The position numbers and the translations under genes were made by a program. The notes under the pieces are model-generated. The model searched no databases. It was given only the letters and a program-made list of their open reading frames with translations, and had not been told where the DNA came from. From Camelus ferus (Eukaryota), in contig NC_045697.1 of the NCBI RefSeq assembly GCF_009834535.1, positions 60,452,001-60,516,000 on the forward strand: a stretch of DNA of 64,000 nucleotides. Direction: 5' to 3'. Shown here one piece after another: positions 42,301-54,148 of this stretch. Every line of letters starts with the position of its first letter. Position 1 is the first letter of the stretch.

Positions 42301-45300
42301 GTTTTCATCTAAGGAGTAAAAATTTAACTAGTATATTTAAAACAAGATGAAATATCTCATAATGGAGAATAGAAGGATATTTGTAATTAAGAATGTCAGT
42401 ATCAAACTTAAAATACTCTATTCTCCTTTGCAAGGAAAAAAATTCAAAAGTCGTGAAGTATGGGTATATATTCATATAATCTTATAATTTTTTGAAACCT
42501 ATGGTGGACTTTTTTAGTATTATCATCTCCAATTCATATAGTTCTGTTTCCATTTAGATGCAAAATAATGTGGCTATTAAAGACATAAGCATCAACAACT
42601 TAATTCCATTGGTAGGATACTGGTAGAATCACCCTTTCCACTTTCACATATGCACAAGAATTAATATTTTTCCTGATAATTAAGAGTAGAGAAGCACAGT
42701 TCCATCACCAGAATCACCCAAGTAACTCTATTTTAGGACACAATGGACTGCATAAGCAAAACCTATATACATCAAATATGTAAATCCTTTCTTTGATCTT
42801 AATGCATCTTTCAAGACTTGTCTCCTTTTCCCACCTAAGTCTCAAATCTTTGCTGTTAGCAAGGATAAGATTGAGATTCCAAGACCTTGGTGTTCTTTAT
42901 ATATGCTTCTATATTCAAAGTTGCATTATTAAAAATACATAAAGTAAATGAAAACTATATCCTACCCCTATCATAAAATCAATCTCTCTTCTCTTTTCAG
43001 TTCCTTCTAACTTCTGATTCTTCCTACCTTTATTTGGAATAATGCATCTACTGCTATAATAATAATAAAAATGTCTTAAAGGGATGGTTTGTGTTTTTAA
43101 AAAATCCTCTGAAGGTGAGAATTATTGTGTGTGTGTGTATGATCACTAAATCACTAAAGACAATGCAAACAAACAACACACTGCAAAGAAGCAAAGGTTG
43201 TCTAAATAAATGACAAGTCAGAAAATCATTTTACTAGGCTCATACTAAACATGAAATAAGCTTGAGTAAAATCTATTTGTAAATAAAAATATTTGGTAAT
43301 TTTATTAGTGTTTTTTTCCTCTGATAAAATTATTTTAATATTAAATTTTTCTTTCCCAGGAAGAACATTCTTCATTCCTAGTAAATATTGAGGTTATTAT
43401 AATTTAATTCATCATTGTGAATTATATAATAAGCCACAAAACCATTTCCATATGAAGACATCTGATAAGTACCATTCAGTTTACAGATGGATGAAAAGTA
43501 TGAGTAACCCCTCTATTACATATTCTTTGGGCTTATCAAATTCAAGATGACAACTTTTATCCAACACTGAATATAGATATTTGTATATAGAGCAGATCAG
43601 CAATGTTAATTATTAATGAATTTTATAATTACTCTTTCTGAATATTAGTGAGAAAGATAAGACATAAAACAAACATCTAACTTGAATTGTTCTGTTTTAT
43701 TTATGAACAATTACTTTGATCAAAACAATCCAAGATGTTTTTCAAGGTCACCTGGTATAAGCCTCATAATTTCTAGCTAAATGGTAAAACAATTATGCAT
43801 GTTCTTAAGTCTTTGGCACCTTTGAAAGCAGTCAGGTTGCCAGTGCATGCTTTGCTTCACCTTTAAGATTTGAGAGGACACTCCTATCTTTCCTTTGTGA
43901 GTTCTGGGTATAGTGTAGTCTTTTCTCACTAACCACAAAAGGATCCTGGCTTTTGTATATATTTTCATATTTGGTCATTTCCACTTTCCCTTTATGAATA
44001 AATCAGCCTGATAGCCAAAATTATATGGATTTTATGTATCAACAGAAGTGAGATTTAAGTACTTTAGGAAATGAAGAGTGGAGGTTTTAATAAAATGTCA
44101 CACTGGTGATGTATTTTGGCAAGATTCTACATGTTTAAGGGTTAAAGCCAATTACCTATCGTCTTTATATCAACCATGTATATTAAATTAGGATACTAAA
44201 ATAAATCTAAAATTTAATTTGAGATAATTATTATAATTTTATTACTAAAGCTTGGGTAGACAAGTTTTTAAAACTTTGAACTAGTTGTACATGAACAGTA
44301 GTTTTTCAGCATAGGAATCTGCTTGATTCAGTGGTCATTTTATTGCACATTTATGCTATAAACATTTGTTAGTGTTCATTTGCTATTGGTAAAAGATACT
44401 GTTGAAAGGATTCTGGCAACAAATTATCATGTTTATCTTCTCTAGTAAAGGCCAAAATAAGGCTATTTTTAAATCCCTGGACTTTAAGATTTGATAAGGA
44501 CAATGGTGATGATATTCAAATTTATTTAATCCACAAAATGAAGAATTATAAAGAAGAATACAAATTTGACTTTCTGAAGCAGACCAAGATTTCCATATTT
44601 TTGCACATACTCTTTTCTTTAAATAATCACTTGAGGAAGAATTATGTTAAACCTTGGATCCAGAAATGTGGCAATGGAGCAGTGTAATTAATATTGAAAA
44701 TGATAAAATAATCTCTCAAGTTTTATCTGCATCAACTTCCAATAGGAGAATGAAAGGGGATTTTTCATAGTAGGAAGCAAGTAAGAATTTTTTTACTTTC
44801 AAGGCCCAGAACTTCAACTATCTCAAGAGTTTCTGGCAAACAAATTATTTGATTTAATCTTAAAAGTCCATCTAACTACTGAAAAAAGTTGGTAGTCATT
44901 AACAATAATTTAGAGAATTAACTATTGGTAAAATAGTGCTGTTTAGTACTGATTGCCTCACCTTGCACCATAAAGACATTCTTTGATTCAAGCATCCTTT
45001 TTATACATTTATTAGTTGCTCCTCCATCTTTTAAAAATAACCTATAAATGTACTTGTTAAGGAACTTACAAAGTAGTTGAAGAAAAATGATGAAAGTGGC
45101 CCACTACTTTTGCATACAGCCAAGAATTCCGTTATATTACCCTGTGCTAATTCCATCCTGAATATTCATTGAAGTGTGTTAACAAAAAAGTATTCTTATG
45201 AGTCCTTAATTCATTTTAAACTACTACCATGGTTGTTCCTTCGCTGTTGACACTTGCATGAACATTATCTTCACTGGTTTCCCTTCCTATATATATTTAT

Positions 45301-46629
45301 TCGAACAGATTCACACCATAATTGTGCTGTGTTATGCCCAGATATCTCATGAAAAGCAAGTCAAATGAAAGAAATGACTCAACATGCTGTCAAACTTAAA
45401 AGCAAAAAGTAAGATATGTAACAATGTCAGTAACCTTTGGGAAATAGCAACATGTAATTAAAGGAAATGTTCTAGTAACAAGTTTTTTTTTTAAAAGGAA
45501 CTTTCTTAGGGGCTATATAACACTGGCAAATATTGAGTTTTTATTTTTTAGCTGTTGAAAATGTTTGGCAGTTTCTAGCAAACTAGATATTTTTTATTTA
45601 AATTTTGAGCTTCTAAGATCTCAAAATTACAAATAAATATTTTAAACATTTTAAAAGTTTCTTTTTTAGTTTAATTAGTGAGAATTAAATGTGTTTTGGA
45701 GGACATTTTCTTCTCACACATTATGGTAATTTTCATATCTGTGTGATACTGTAGGTGTATTGTATATTTTTCAATTCATGAATATGTTGGAAAGTTAACA
45801 TTTTTTAAGATGTGAAGAGTTTCCAAACAGGATATTTCCCAAAATACTTACAGCTTACATGGAAACATGTAATTTAAGAATCTGTTTTTAAGAGTTATTT
45901 TGATGTTATGAATGCTAGTATCCCAAACAATTATACAAAATTAGTTTTATACTATATGATAATCATTGTTATCTTGCCTGGCATTAATAGTTAAAAACCA
46001 AAAATTTATGAACTCAGTCACTTTTTTTTATAGATATATGTGGTTAGTAACACTGCTTTAATAATTTTATCTATTTTTAAAATATTTGAAATTCCTATAT
46101 TGGATTATGTATAAGATGAGGAATTTTAACAATTATTTATATCCAATATATACATATAAGTATATTTATACATGTATATAAAAGCTGATGATATAATTTG
46201 AATATGCAAAGTATATAAAGGAATTTTTTAATGCAAGTTATATCTAGAATATAAATGTCTTAAATTTAATATTAAAATAATTACTATAATCCTAATAAAA
46301 TGTTCTTCATAGTACTGAGAGTACACTGATTAATAGGATATACTTTTTACATGATCACTTCATAACTGGCCACACGAAATACTTCCATAAATGTGACTGA
46401 CATACACATTTGTCTATTTAGAATTTCAAAGGGCAAAATTAATCTGACATTGAGTGATAGAGTTTGTGTAACTATCAAGGATGAAGCTCAACTCTGGCCA
46501 TACCAATCAATAATCAAGTTCCAATAAATTATCAAGTACAGAATAAAAAGTTTTATTTTACCTCTCCTAGAGTAGTTGTCTGAAGCTTATGTTAGAAGTC
46601 CAGCTTACTACTACAATTCTAATGAAGCT

Positions 46630-46850
46630 AAATATACATATATACTATTTACTGACTGCATATTATTGAATAGGCACTAAATTAGAAGTTGTATATGCTT
46701 TATTATATAGTCACTTTTTTATAAGTCTTAAATAATTGAGATTATGTTAATTTTAAATATGAGAAAAATTAATCACTGGACAAATAGGCAGCCAAGCTAG
46801 GATTGTTATACAAATCAATATGGCTACAATATCCATGTCACTATCTCTTA
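46630..46850 (-). mobile_element. MIR remnant
   Basis: 'ttttactgactgcatattatt...taggcact...ttttaaatatgagaaaa'. Confidence 0.45.
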
Positions 46851-47924
46851 CTTTTTAATGTCTATAATTTATACAATTAATGAGTATTTATATGGTAAAT
46901 TCACAAAAAGAATAATTTCTGCACTAGTGATCTCAATGTGATCCCTAATGCGGAGAAGCTTGAAGAAGCAGATGAATTGAAGAACACATCCCTTTTTCAT
47001 GAGTGCCGAAAACTGCATCCCGCTTAAGTAAAAACAGTATCCAGCATAATAGATAGGACTTGATCTCCTGTTAATGAATTGTCAATTACTGAATCACTTT
47101 ATGTGCTTGCAAATAGCCTTGTGTGTCTAACTAACAGAAGATTTGAGAGGAGTCATATTTTTTTATATTTAAACAAACAGATCATTAAAAACAAAATATA
47201 TGACAGTTTTAAATATAGAACATGAGTTTAGTGGTATGGCAATATATCAAATACAAATAAATATGCAATTCACCTCCTCACATGAAATTACCTTTGAAAA
47301 AGCCCTGAAAACTAGCTGAGCAGCTCCTTCAAATTGGGAAATGTGAAAAGGGCCACAATAAAGGCAGACTGGAGAGGCAGAGATGTGCTCTCACCATCAA
47401 CCCAACCCCTAGTGTGGTAAGCCACTTTGGGAGGGAACCCACAAACCCAGAACTTCTCCATGAGGAGCAAAAGGTTTGTACTCTACATCAGAAACACCAA
47501 CTTTTAAGAACTGCACCTGAGAAATGAGCCCCCAAAACATTGGGCTTTGAAATCCAATGGAACTCACATTACCAAGACCCAAAGGGTTGCAGCAAACTAG
47601 GAAATCTCTCTTAAAGGGCTTACATGCAGATACAACCCAAGGCCCAGCGCAGAAGCAGCCGTTTAAAAAGCACCCAGACTTCACGTGAAAGATTCATTTG
47701 CTAATCTTAAAGCATTGACTGGAGGGTCAGGGGACTGCTGGGATACTCTCCAGGGACACAAGTGCCGTCCATTTTTGCACTCTTCCGCATTGCTGAAGCT
47801 ATTGAACACCATTTTTCCCCCATTTCCTTTTCCTCATCAGATGCTATCTTTGCATTCTCCCTCCGCCACACTCCAAAGCACCAGTATCAGGGGGAGCTCT
47901 GCTTTCGGATGAACATTCTATATG

Positions 47925-48102
47925 CAGTTGACCCTTGTATTATACAAGTTTGAACTGGGCAGGTATACTTATATGCTGGTTTTTTTCCCCAATAAATACT
48001 ATGGTACTACATGATCTGCAGTCGGTTGAATCCTCAGATGTGGAATTGCAGAAATGGAGGGTTATAGGGCTGGCTATGAATTTTACACACAGATTTTACT
48101 TT
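47925..48102 (+). mobile_element. Tigger2-derived MITE in the L1 5'UTR, right end missing
   Basis: TIR cagttgacccttg; homologous to 13605-13818. Confidence 0.85.
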
Positions 48103-50277
48103 TGGTACCCCAGTCTCTGTGACTGCTGCCCAGGGAATGACCCTTGATTGCCTGGCTGTGTCCAGGGGAGCTTGATTTCCTGGGTTGAAAGACTAACAAT
48201 TAAGAGTGTTCTTGGCAGCCTGTGTCGCTAAGGCACTGCACAGAAGACTGAAACATACCTTCAACTCTTTCTATTAAAGAGGCCTTTTGACTGTCTTGGA
48301 GCTTCAGCCTGAGGGGCAGACTTCAGGACTGGCACACATCTAGTGGCCTACAGATGTGCCCTGAAGGAAGGTAAGCCATACACCCCATCTTTGCTCTTCC
48401 CTCTGCCTTACTAGCACTCAGTGGTATCGCCTAGAAAGGAGCTTACATACTCATGCAGAGCCCTGATTTTTGCTACTTCACACAGGTGACACCTTTAGAT
48501 CACCTGGCCCTGGTAGCCAGCAGGGCTTATACTTGCAGTCTCATAGGACTGTATATAGTTACATACTATAAAAGCAGCTGCCTGAGGGTCTGGCTTCCAG
48601 TCAGCCTGAATCTAGAAGCTGAGTGAGGTCCTCCCCCCCGGGACATTGATGGGTCCTGGCACACCCTCAACTAAGGAAGCCATTACAAATAAAATGGGCT
48701 GCTTTGACAGCCACAGAAGTTGGAAACAACCAAGAGCTATGACAGGATTCAACAATAAATTTCATCTCCCACTTTCAAGGCTGGGAGAGTTGACTTTTAT
48801 CTAATGCATAAAAACCAACACAGAGAGTCAAGCAAAATGAAGAAACAAGAGTATGTTTCCAATAGATCTCCAAAATAAAATATCAGGGGAAAAAAATAAA
48901 AACCTTAGTGAAATGGAGAAAAGTAATTCAACGATAAAGAGTTCTAAGTAATGGTCATAAAGATTCTCCCTGAATTTGGGAAAATAGATGAACAGAATAG
49001 AATAGAGAGACTCATAATATAAGAAAGTACCAGACAGAAGTCACCAAACTGAAGAATACAGTAACTGAATTAAAAAACACTCCAGGGGTTCAACGGCAGA
49101 CTAGTTGAAATAGAAGAAAAACTAACTCAAAAACAGGGCACTGGAATTCACCTAATCAGAGCAGAAGAAGAAAAAGAAATGAAAAAAAGTAAAGATAGCT
49201 TAAGGAACAATGGGACAACATCAAGCAGACTAACATTCACATCACAGGGTTCCCAGAAGGAGAAGAGAGAGAAAGGGACATAAATCTTATCTGAAGAAAC
49301 AATGCTAAAAATTTCCCAAACCTGGGGAAAGAAACAGACATCCAGATCCAGGAATTTTAGAGAGTCTAAACAAGATGAACCTGAAGAGACCCAAACAAGA
49401 CACATTTTAATTAAATTCACAAAAGTTAAGGACAAGGAGATAACCTTAATAGCAGCAAGGGACAACTTGTTATGAACAAGGGAACCCCAAAAAGGCTATC
49501 AGCAGACTTTCTTCAGCAGAAACTGCAGGCCAGAAGGAAGTAGCAAAAACAAACAAACAAGGTATTAAAAGAAAAAAAAAAACTTCTAACCAAAAATACT
49601 CTACCTGGCAAAGTTATCATTCAGAATTGAATGAGAGAGAGAGTTTTATAGGCAAGCAAAAGATAAAGATATCCATCACCACTAAACCAACTTCTTAAGA
49701 AATGTTAGAGATTTCTTTAAACTGAAAAGAAAGGTCACTAACTGGGAACAAGAAAACATAAAAACATAAATCTCACTAGAAAAGTTTAATATATTACAAA
49801 AGTAGTGGTTAAATCACTTAAAAAGCTAGTATGAATGTTAAAAGACAAAAGTAATTAAGGGATTCACAAGATAAAAAGATATAAAATGTGACATCAGAAC
49901 ATAAAATATGGGGGATAGAGTAAAATATACAGTGCTAGGCTGTGTTCAAACATTAGTTGTTATCAATTTAAATTAGACTATTATAAATATAGGTTGTTAT
50001 ATATAAGCCACATGGTAACCAAAGAACAAAGACGTATAGTTGACACACAAAAGATAATGAGAAAGGAATCTAAGCACTAAAGAAAGTCTTCAAACCTCAA
50101 AGGAAGAGGGCAAGTGAAGAGGAAAGAAACTGAGAGGAACTATAAAATAGCCAGAAATCAACTTTTTAAAATGGCAATAAGTACATACCTATCAGTAATT
50201 ACTTTAAATGTAAATAGATTAAATTTTCCAATCAAAAGACAGAGTGGCCAAATGGATTAAAAAACAAGGCACATCTA

Positions 50278-50431
50278 ACCATACTAATGCAAGATGTTAC
50301 CAACAGGAGAATCTGGGGAGGGCTGAAGAGGCATATGGGAACTCTGTACTTTCCACTCAACCTAAAACTGCTAAAATAAAAAAAAAAAAAGTCAATTAAA
50401 AAAAATAAAAGGCAATTTTGAATTTCAAAAT
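50278..50431 (+). mobile_element. Short L1MC1-like 3' end inserted in L1 ORF2, with a 15-bp TSD
   Basis: TSD aacaaggcacatcta at 50263-50277 and 50432-50446; body 'ctaatgcaagatgtta...atatgggaactctgtactttc...cctaaaactgct' plus an A-rich tail. Confidence 0.88.
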
Positions 50432-50852
50432 AACAAGGCACATCTATGCTGCCTTCAAGAGAATTGCCTCAGATAAAAGGAAAGACGGACTGAAAAGTGA
50501 GGGATGAAAAAAAGATGTTCTATGGAAATGGAAACCGAAAGAAAGCTGGAGTAGCTATATTTATATCAGACAAAATAGACTTTAAAAAATGACTCTAATA
50601 AAAAACAAAGGTCATTACATAATGATAAAGGGGTCAATCTAACAAGAGGATATAACATTTATAAATATTTATGCATTCAACATAGGAGCATCTAAATATA
50701 TAAATCAAATATTAACATACAGAAAGGGAGAAATAGACAGCAATACAATAACATTATCCCACAAACATCAATGCATAGATCATACAGACAGAAAATCAGT
50801 AAGGAAACATTGGTCATAAACAACACGTTAGAACAGATGAACTTAATAGACA

Positions 50853-51058
50853 GAGTCAACCCTAAAACAACATGGAGGTTAGGGATGCCAACCCCTGCAA
50901 CAGTAGAAAATCTGTGTACAAAGTTTACAGCCAGCCCTCCATTTCTGCAGTTGTACATCTGCAGATTCAACCAACTGTAAAGCATGTAGTGCTATAGTAT
51001 TTATTGAAAAACAAATGTACCGGCCCTGTTCAACCTTGTGTAGTCCAAGGGTCAATGG
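50853..51058 (-). mobile_element. Tigger2-derived MITE in L1 ORF2
   Basis: TIRs 'gagtcaaccctaaaacaacatgg' and 'tgtagtccaagggtcaatgg'; ORF2 text resumes on both sides. Confidence 0.88.
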
Positions 51059-53402
51059 TATATAGGACATCCATTCAAAAGCAGAAGAATAAATTGTTCT
51101 CAAGTGTACATGGAACATTGAGCAAGACAGATCAGGCCACAGAACAAGTCTTCATACACTTAAGATTGAAAACATATCAAGCATCTTTTCCAACCACAAT
51201 GATAAGCAACTAGAAATCAATTATAAGAAGAAAATTCACAAATACCTTGAGATTAAATACTATGCTACTGAACAATCAATGGATCAATGAAGAAATCAAA
51301 AGAAATTAAAAAAATACCTTGAGACAAATGAAAATGGAAATACAATATACCAAAACTTATAGGGTGCAGCAAAAGTGGTTCTAAGAGGGCAGGTGACAGT
51401 GAAAAGTGACTCCATCAAAAAATAGAAAAATTTCAAATAAACAACCTAACTTTAAATCAAGGAACTGGAAAAAGAACAACAGAGTCCAAAGTGAGCAGAA
51501 GGTAAGAACGTTCAGAGTGGAAATAAATGAAATACAGAGGCTAAAAAGACAATGGAAAGCTCTCATTCTCAATAAATGAAATGAGAGCTGGTTCTTTGAA
51601 AAAATAAAATTGGCAACACTTAAACTAGACCATGAAAAAAAAGAGAGGGGACTCGGATAATTAAAATTAGAAATAAATTAGAACTGTTACCACAGAGTCA
51701 CAAAGAACATAAAAGACTACTATGAGTAATTATATGTCAATAAATTTGACAATCTAGAAGAAATGTGTGAAATCCTAGAAACATACAATCTATAAGATAG
51801 GACCTTGAAGAAATAGAATATCTGACCTAACTGATTAACAGTAAGGGAATTGAAGCAGTAATCAAAACCCTCCCAACAAATGTCCTGGACCACACAATCA
51901 GAACCAGTCCTTCTCAAACTGTTCCAAAAACAAACAAGGAGGGAACACTTCCAAACACATTTCATGAAGCCAGTATTACCCTGATACCAAAACTAGACAG
52001 TGATGCCACATGGGAATTATAGACCAACATTCCTGATGATCATAGATGCAAAAATCTTCAATAAAATATTAGCAAACAAAATTCAATCATACATTCAAAG
52101 GATCATACACCATGATTAAGTGGGATTTATTCCTGGGTACAAAGGTGGTTCAACATCCACAAATATACCACGTTAAAAAGATGAAGAATAAAAATCATAC
52201 AGTAATGTCAATAGATTATAGAAAAAGCATTTGATGAAATTCAACAGTTGATTTATGATAAAAAGTTGTTACAGAAGGGCTGTACCTTAACATAATAAAG
52301 GCCATATATGACAAGCCCGCAGCTGACATCATACTCAATGGTAAAAAGCTTATAGCTTCTTCTCTAATTCAGGAATACTCACTTTTTCCCCCAAATATAT
52401 GCACATTTATAAAGACTTTAAAATATCTTTCTCCACAAACTTTAGATACAGCTTTGTTTTTCTGCGGAAGTACTCAGAGACACACTATAATCCAGACCGT
52501 TCATAGTTCTGTGACCCCTCTTTATCCTCTGAACCCAACTTTGTCCACAAAACACCAAATCACCATTGCAAAACACTACGTATTTCATATAAATAATCCC
52601 ATTTCCTTTATTTCCCCTCTTTCTCAACTTTATTTTTGCTTTATATTGGTATTATTGGCCAGAGCAATTAAGATTTGTCAATTCTTTGTACGTTGAGCAT
52701 TTCAGTAGAAAAGGAATTTTTTTTCTTGCCTTTCTTACTGTCTTCAATAACGTAGGAAATGGAGGAATAGACAGTAACTTACAAGACATGGCTTGCAAAA
52801 TGCTGAAAATAATTTTTCTTCCTGATTTTACCTGTTTCTTTATTCTCACCATTAGTTATTCACTCATCTAGATAGTTTGTTGTTTTTTTTTTTTTTTCAT
52901 GGTCAAAACACAAATACTCTTGGAGAAGGAATAAACTAGGCTCTTACCAAGAAGTCACACATTCTCTTGTAACATTTAGCTGAAAAGGACCTTGTGCATA
53001 GAACAGTAATTTCTGATTAGGGGAGAGGATCCTGGGAACAATATATCATAGCTTTTAGTAAAGGTGGTTCAGAGTGGGGCCCTGCTGCGGAAACTACAGA
53101 AAGGCCAGTGAATTCCTTGTGAATATTTGGCATTTATGGACGAGATGAATGAGGGGGAACGATGTGCTAAATGTTTTCATCCTCAGCAGTTTGCTCAGAT
53201 TTGGTGGTGACAATTTTTTTTTTTTTTGATCCTTTGCCTAGTATTAAGAGATACAAATAAAAAGATTTACATTTACTTTTTACTGGAAACTTAAAACAAA
53301 ATCTAGGAGTCTATGTTTTCTCAGCATTTTCATTTCTTCTCTAAGCCCCTGAAATATCTGATATATATAATACTATAAAGAGCAATCAAATTTTATACCT
53401 AA

Positions 53403-54148
53403 ATTTGGACAACAGTATGCAGTTTCCTAAAACTATTAAAAACGGAACTATGATATGATCCAGCAATTCCACTTCTGGGTGTTTATCTGAAGAAAATGTC
53501 ACTGCTAGCTTGAAAGGATATATATGCACTCTCATGTTCTTTGCAGCATTATTTACAATAGCCAAGATATTAAAAAAGAAAACATAGTATGTATACACAC
53601 ATACACACACACACAGAGGAATATTAGTCATAAAATGAAATCTTGCCATTTGCAACAACATGAATGAACTTTGAGGACTTTGTGCTATGTGTAGTAAGTC
53701 AGAGAAAGAGAAATACTATATACTGTGATTTATATGTAGAATTAAAAAAATAAATAAACCAAGCTCATAGTTACAGAGAACAGACCGGTGGTTGCCAGAA
53801 GAGGTGGGGAGTGGGTTGTGGGTAAAATGGATAAATGGAGTCAGTAGATACAAACTTCCAGTTATAAAATAAATCATGGAGAGGTAGCATATAGCATGGT
53901 TAACAGTTAAAAATAGTAATGTGGTATTGCATATTTGAAAGTTGCTATGAAAGTAGATCTTAAAAGTTATCACAGTAAAAAAAAACTCTGTAACTAGGTA
54001 TTATGACATGTTAACTTGACGTATGTTAATTAGATTTAGTGGTGATCATTTCAAAATATATACAAATACCAAATCACTAAGTTATATCACTGAAACTAAC
54101 ACGATATTGAATGCCAATTATATGTCAATACAAAAGAGAAAGAAAAAA
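53403..54148 (+). mobile_element. L1 3' end (ORF2 C-terminus plus L1MA9-like 3'UTR)
   Basis: 'atatgatccagcaattccacttctgggt', 'gcagcattatttacaatagccaagat' and 'ggtgatcatttcaaaatatatacaaat', followed by an A-rich tail. Confidence 0.92.

Larger units (their letters stand above)
47265..52378 (+). mobile_element. Degenerate L1 with near-complete 5'UTR, ORF1 (from about 48837) and ORF2 (from about 50171), broken off in the RT region
   Basis: ORF2 start 'atggcaataagtacatacctatcagtaattactttaaatgtaaat'; EN-like peptide MHRSYRQKISKETLVINNTLEQMNLID (50771); RT-region text at 51960-52378; many stops and frameshifts; three nested insertions. Confidence 0.95.

Noticed and set aside
47265..52378. Active full-length L1
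   Set aside because: ORF1 and ORF2 have many stops and frameshifts, there are three nested insertions, and ORF2 is cut in the RT region.
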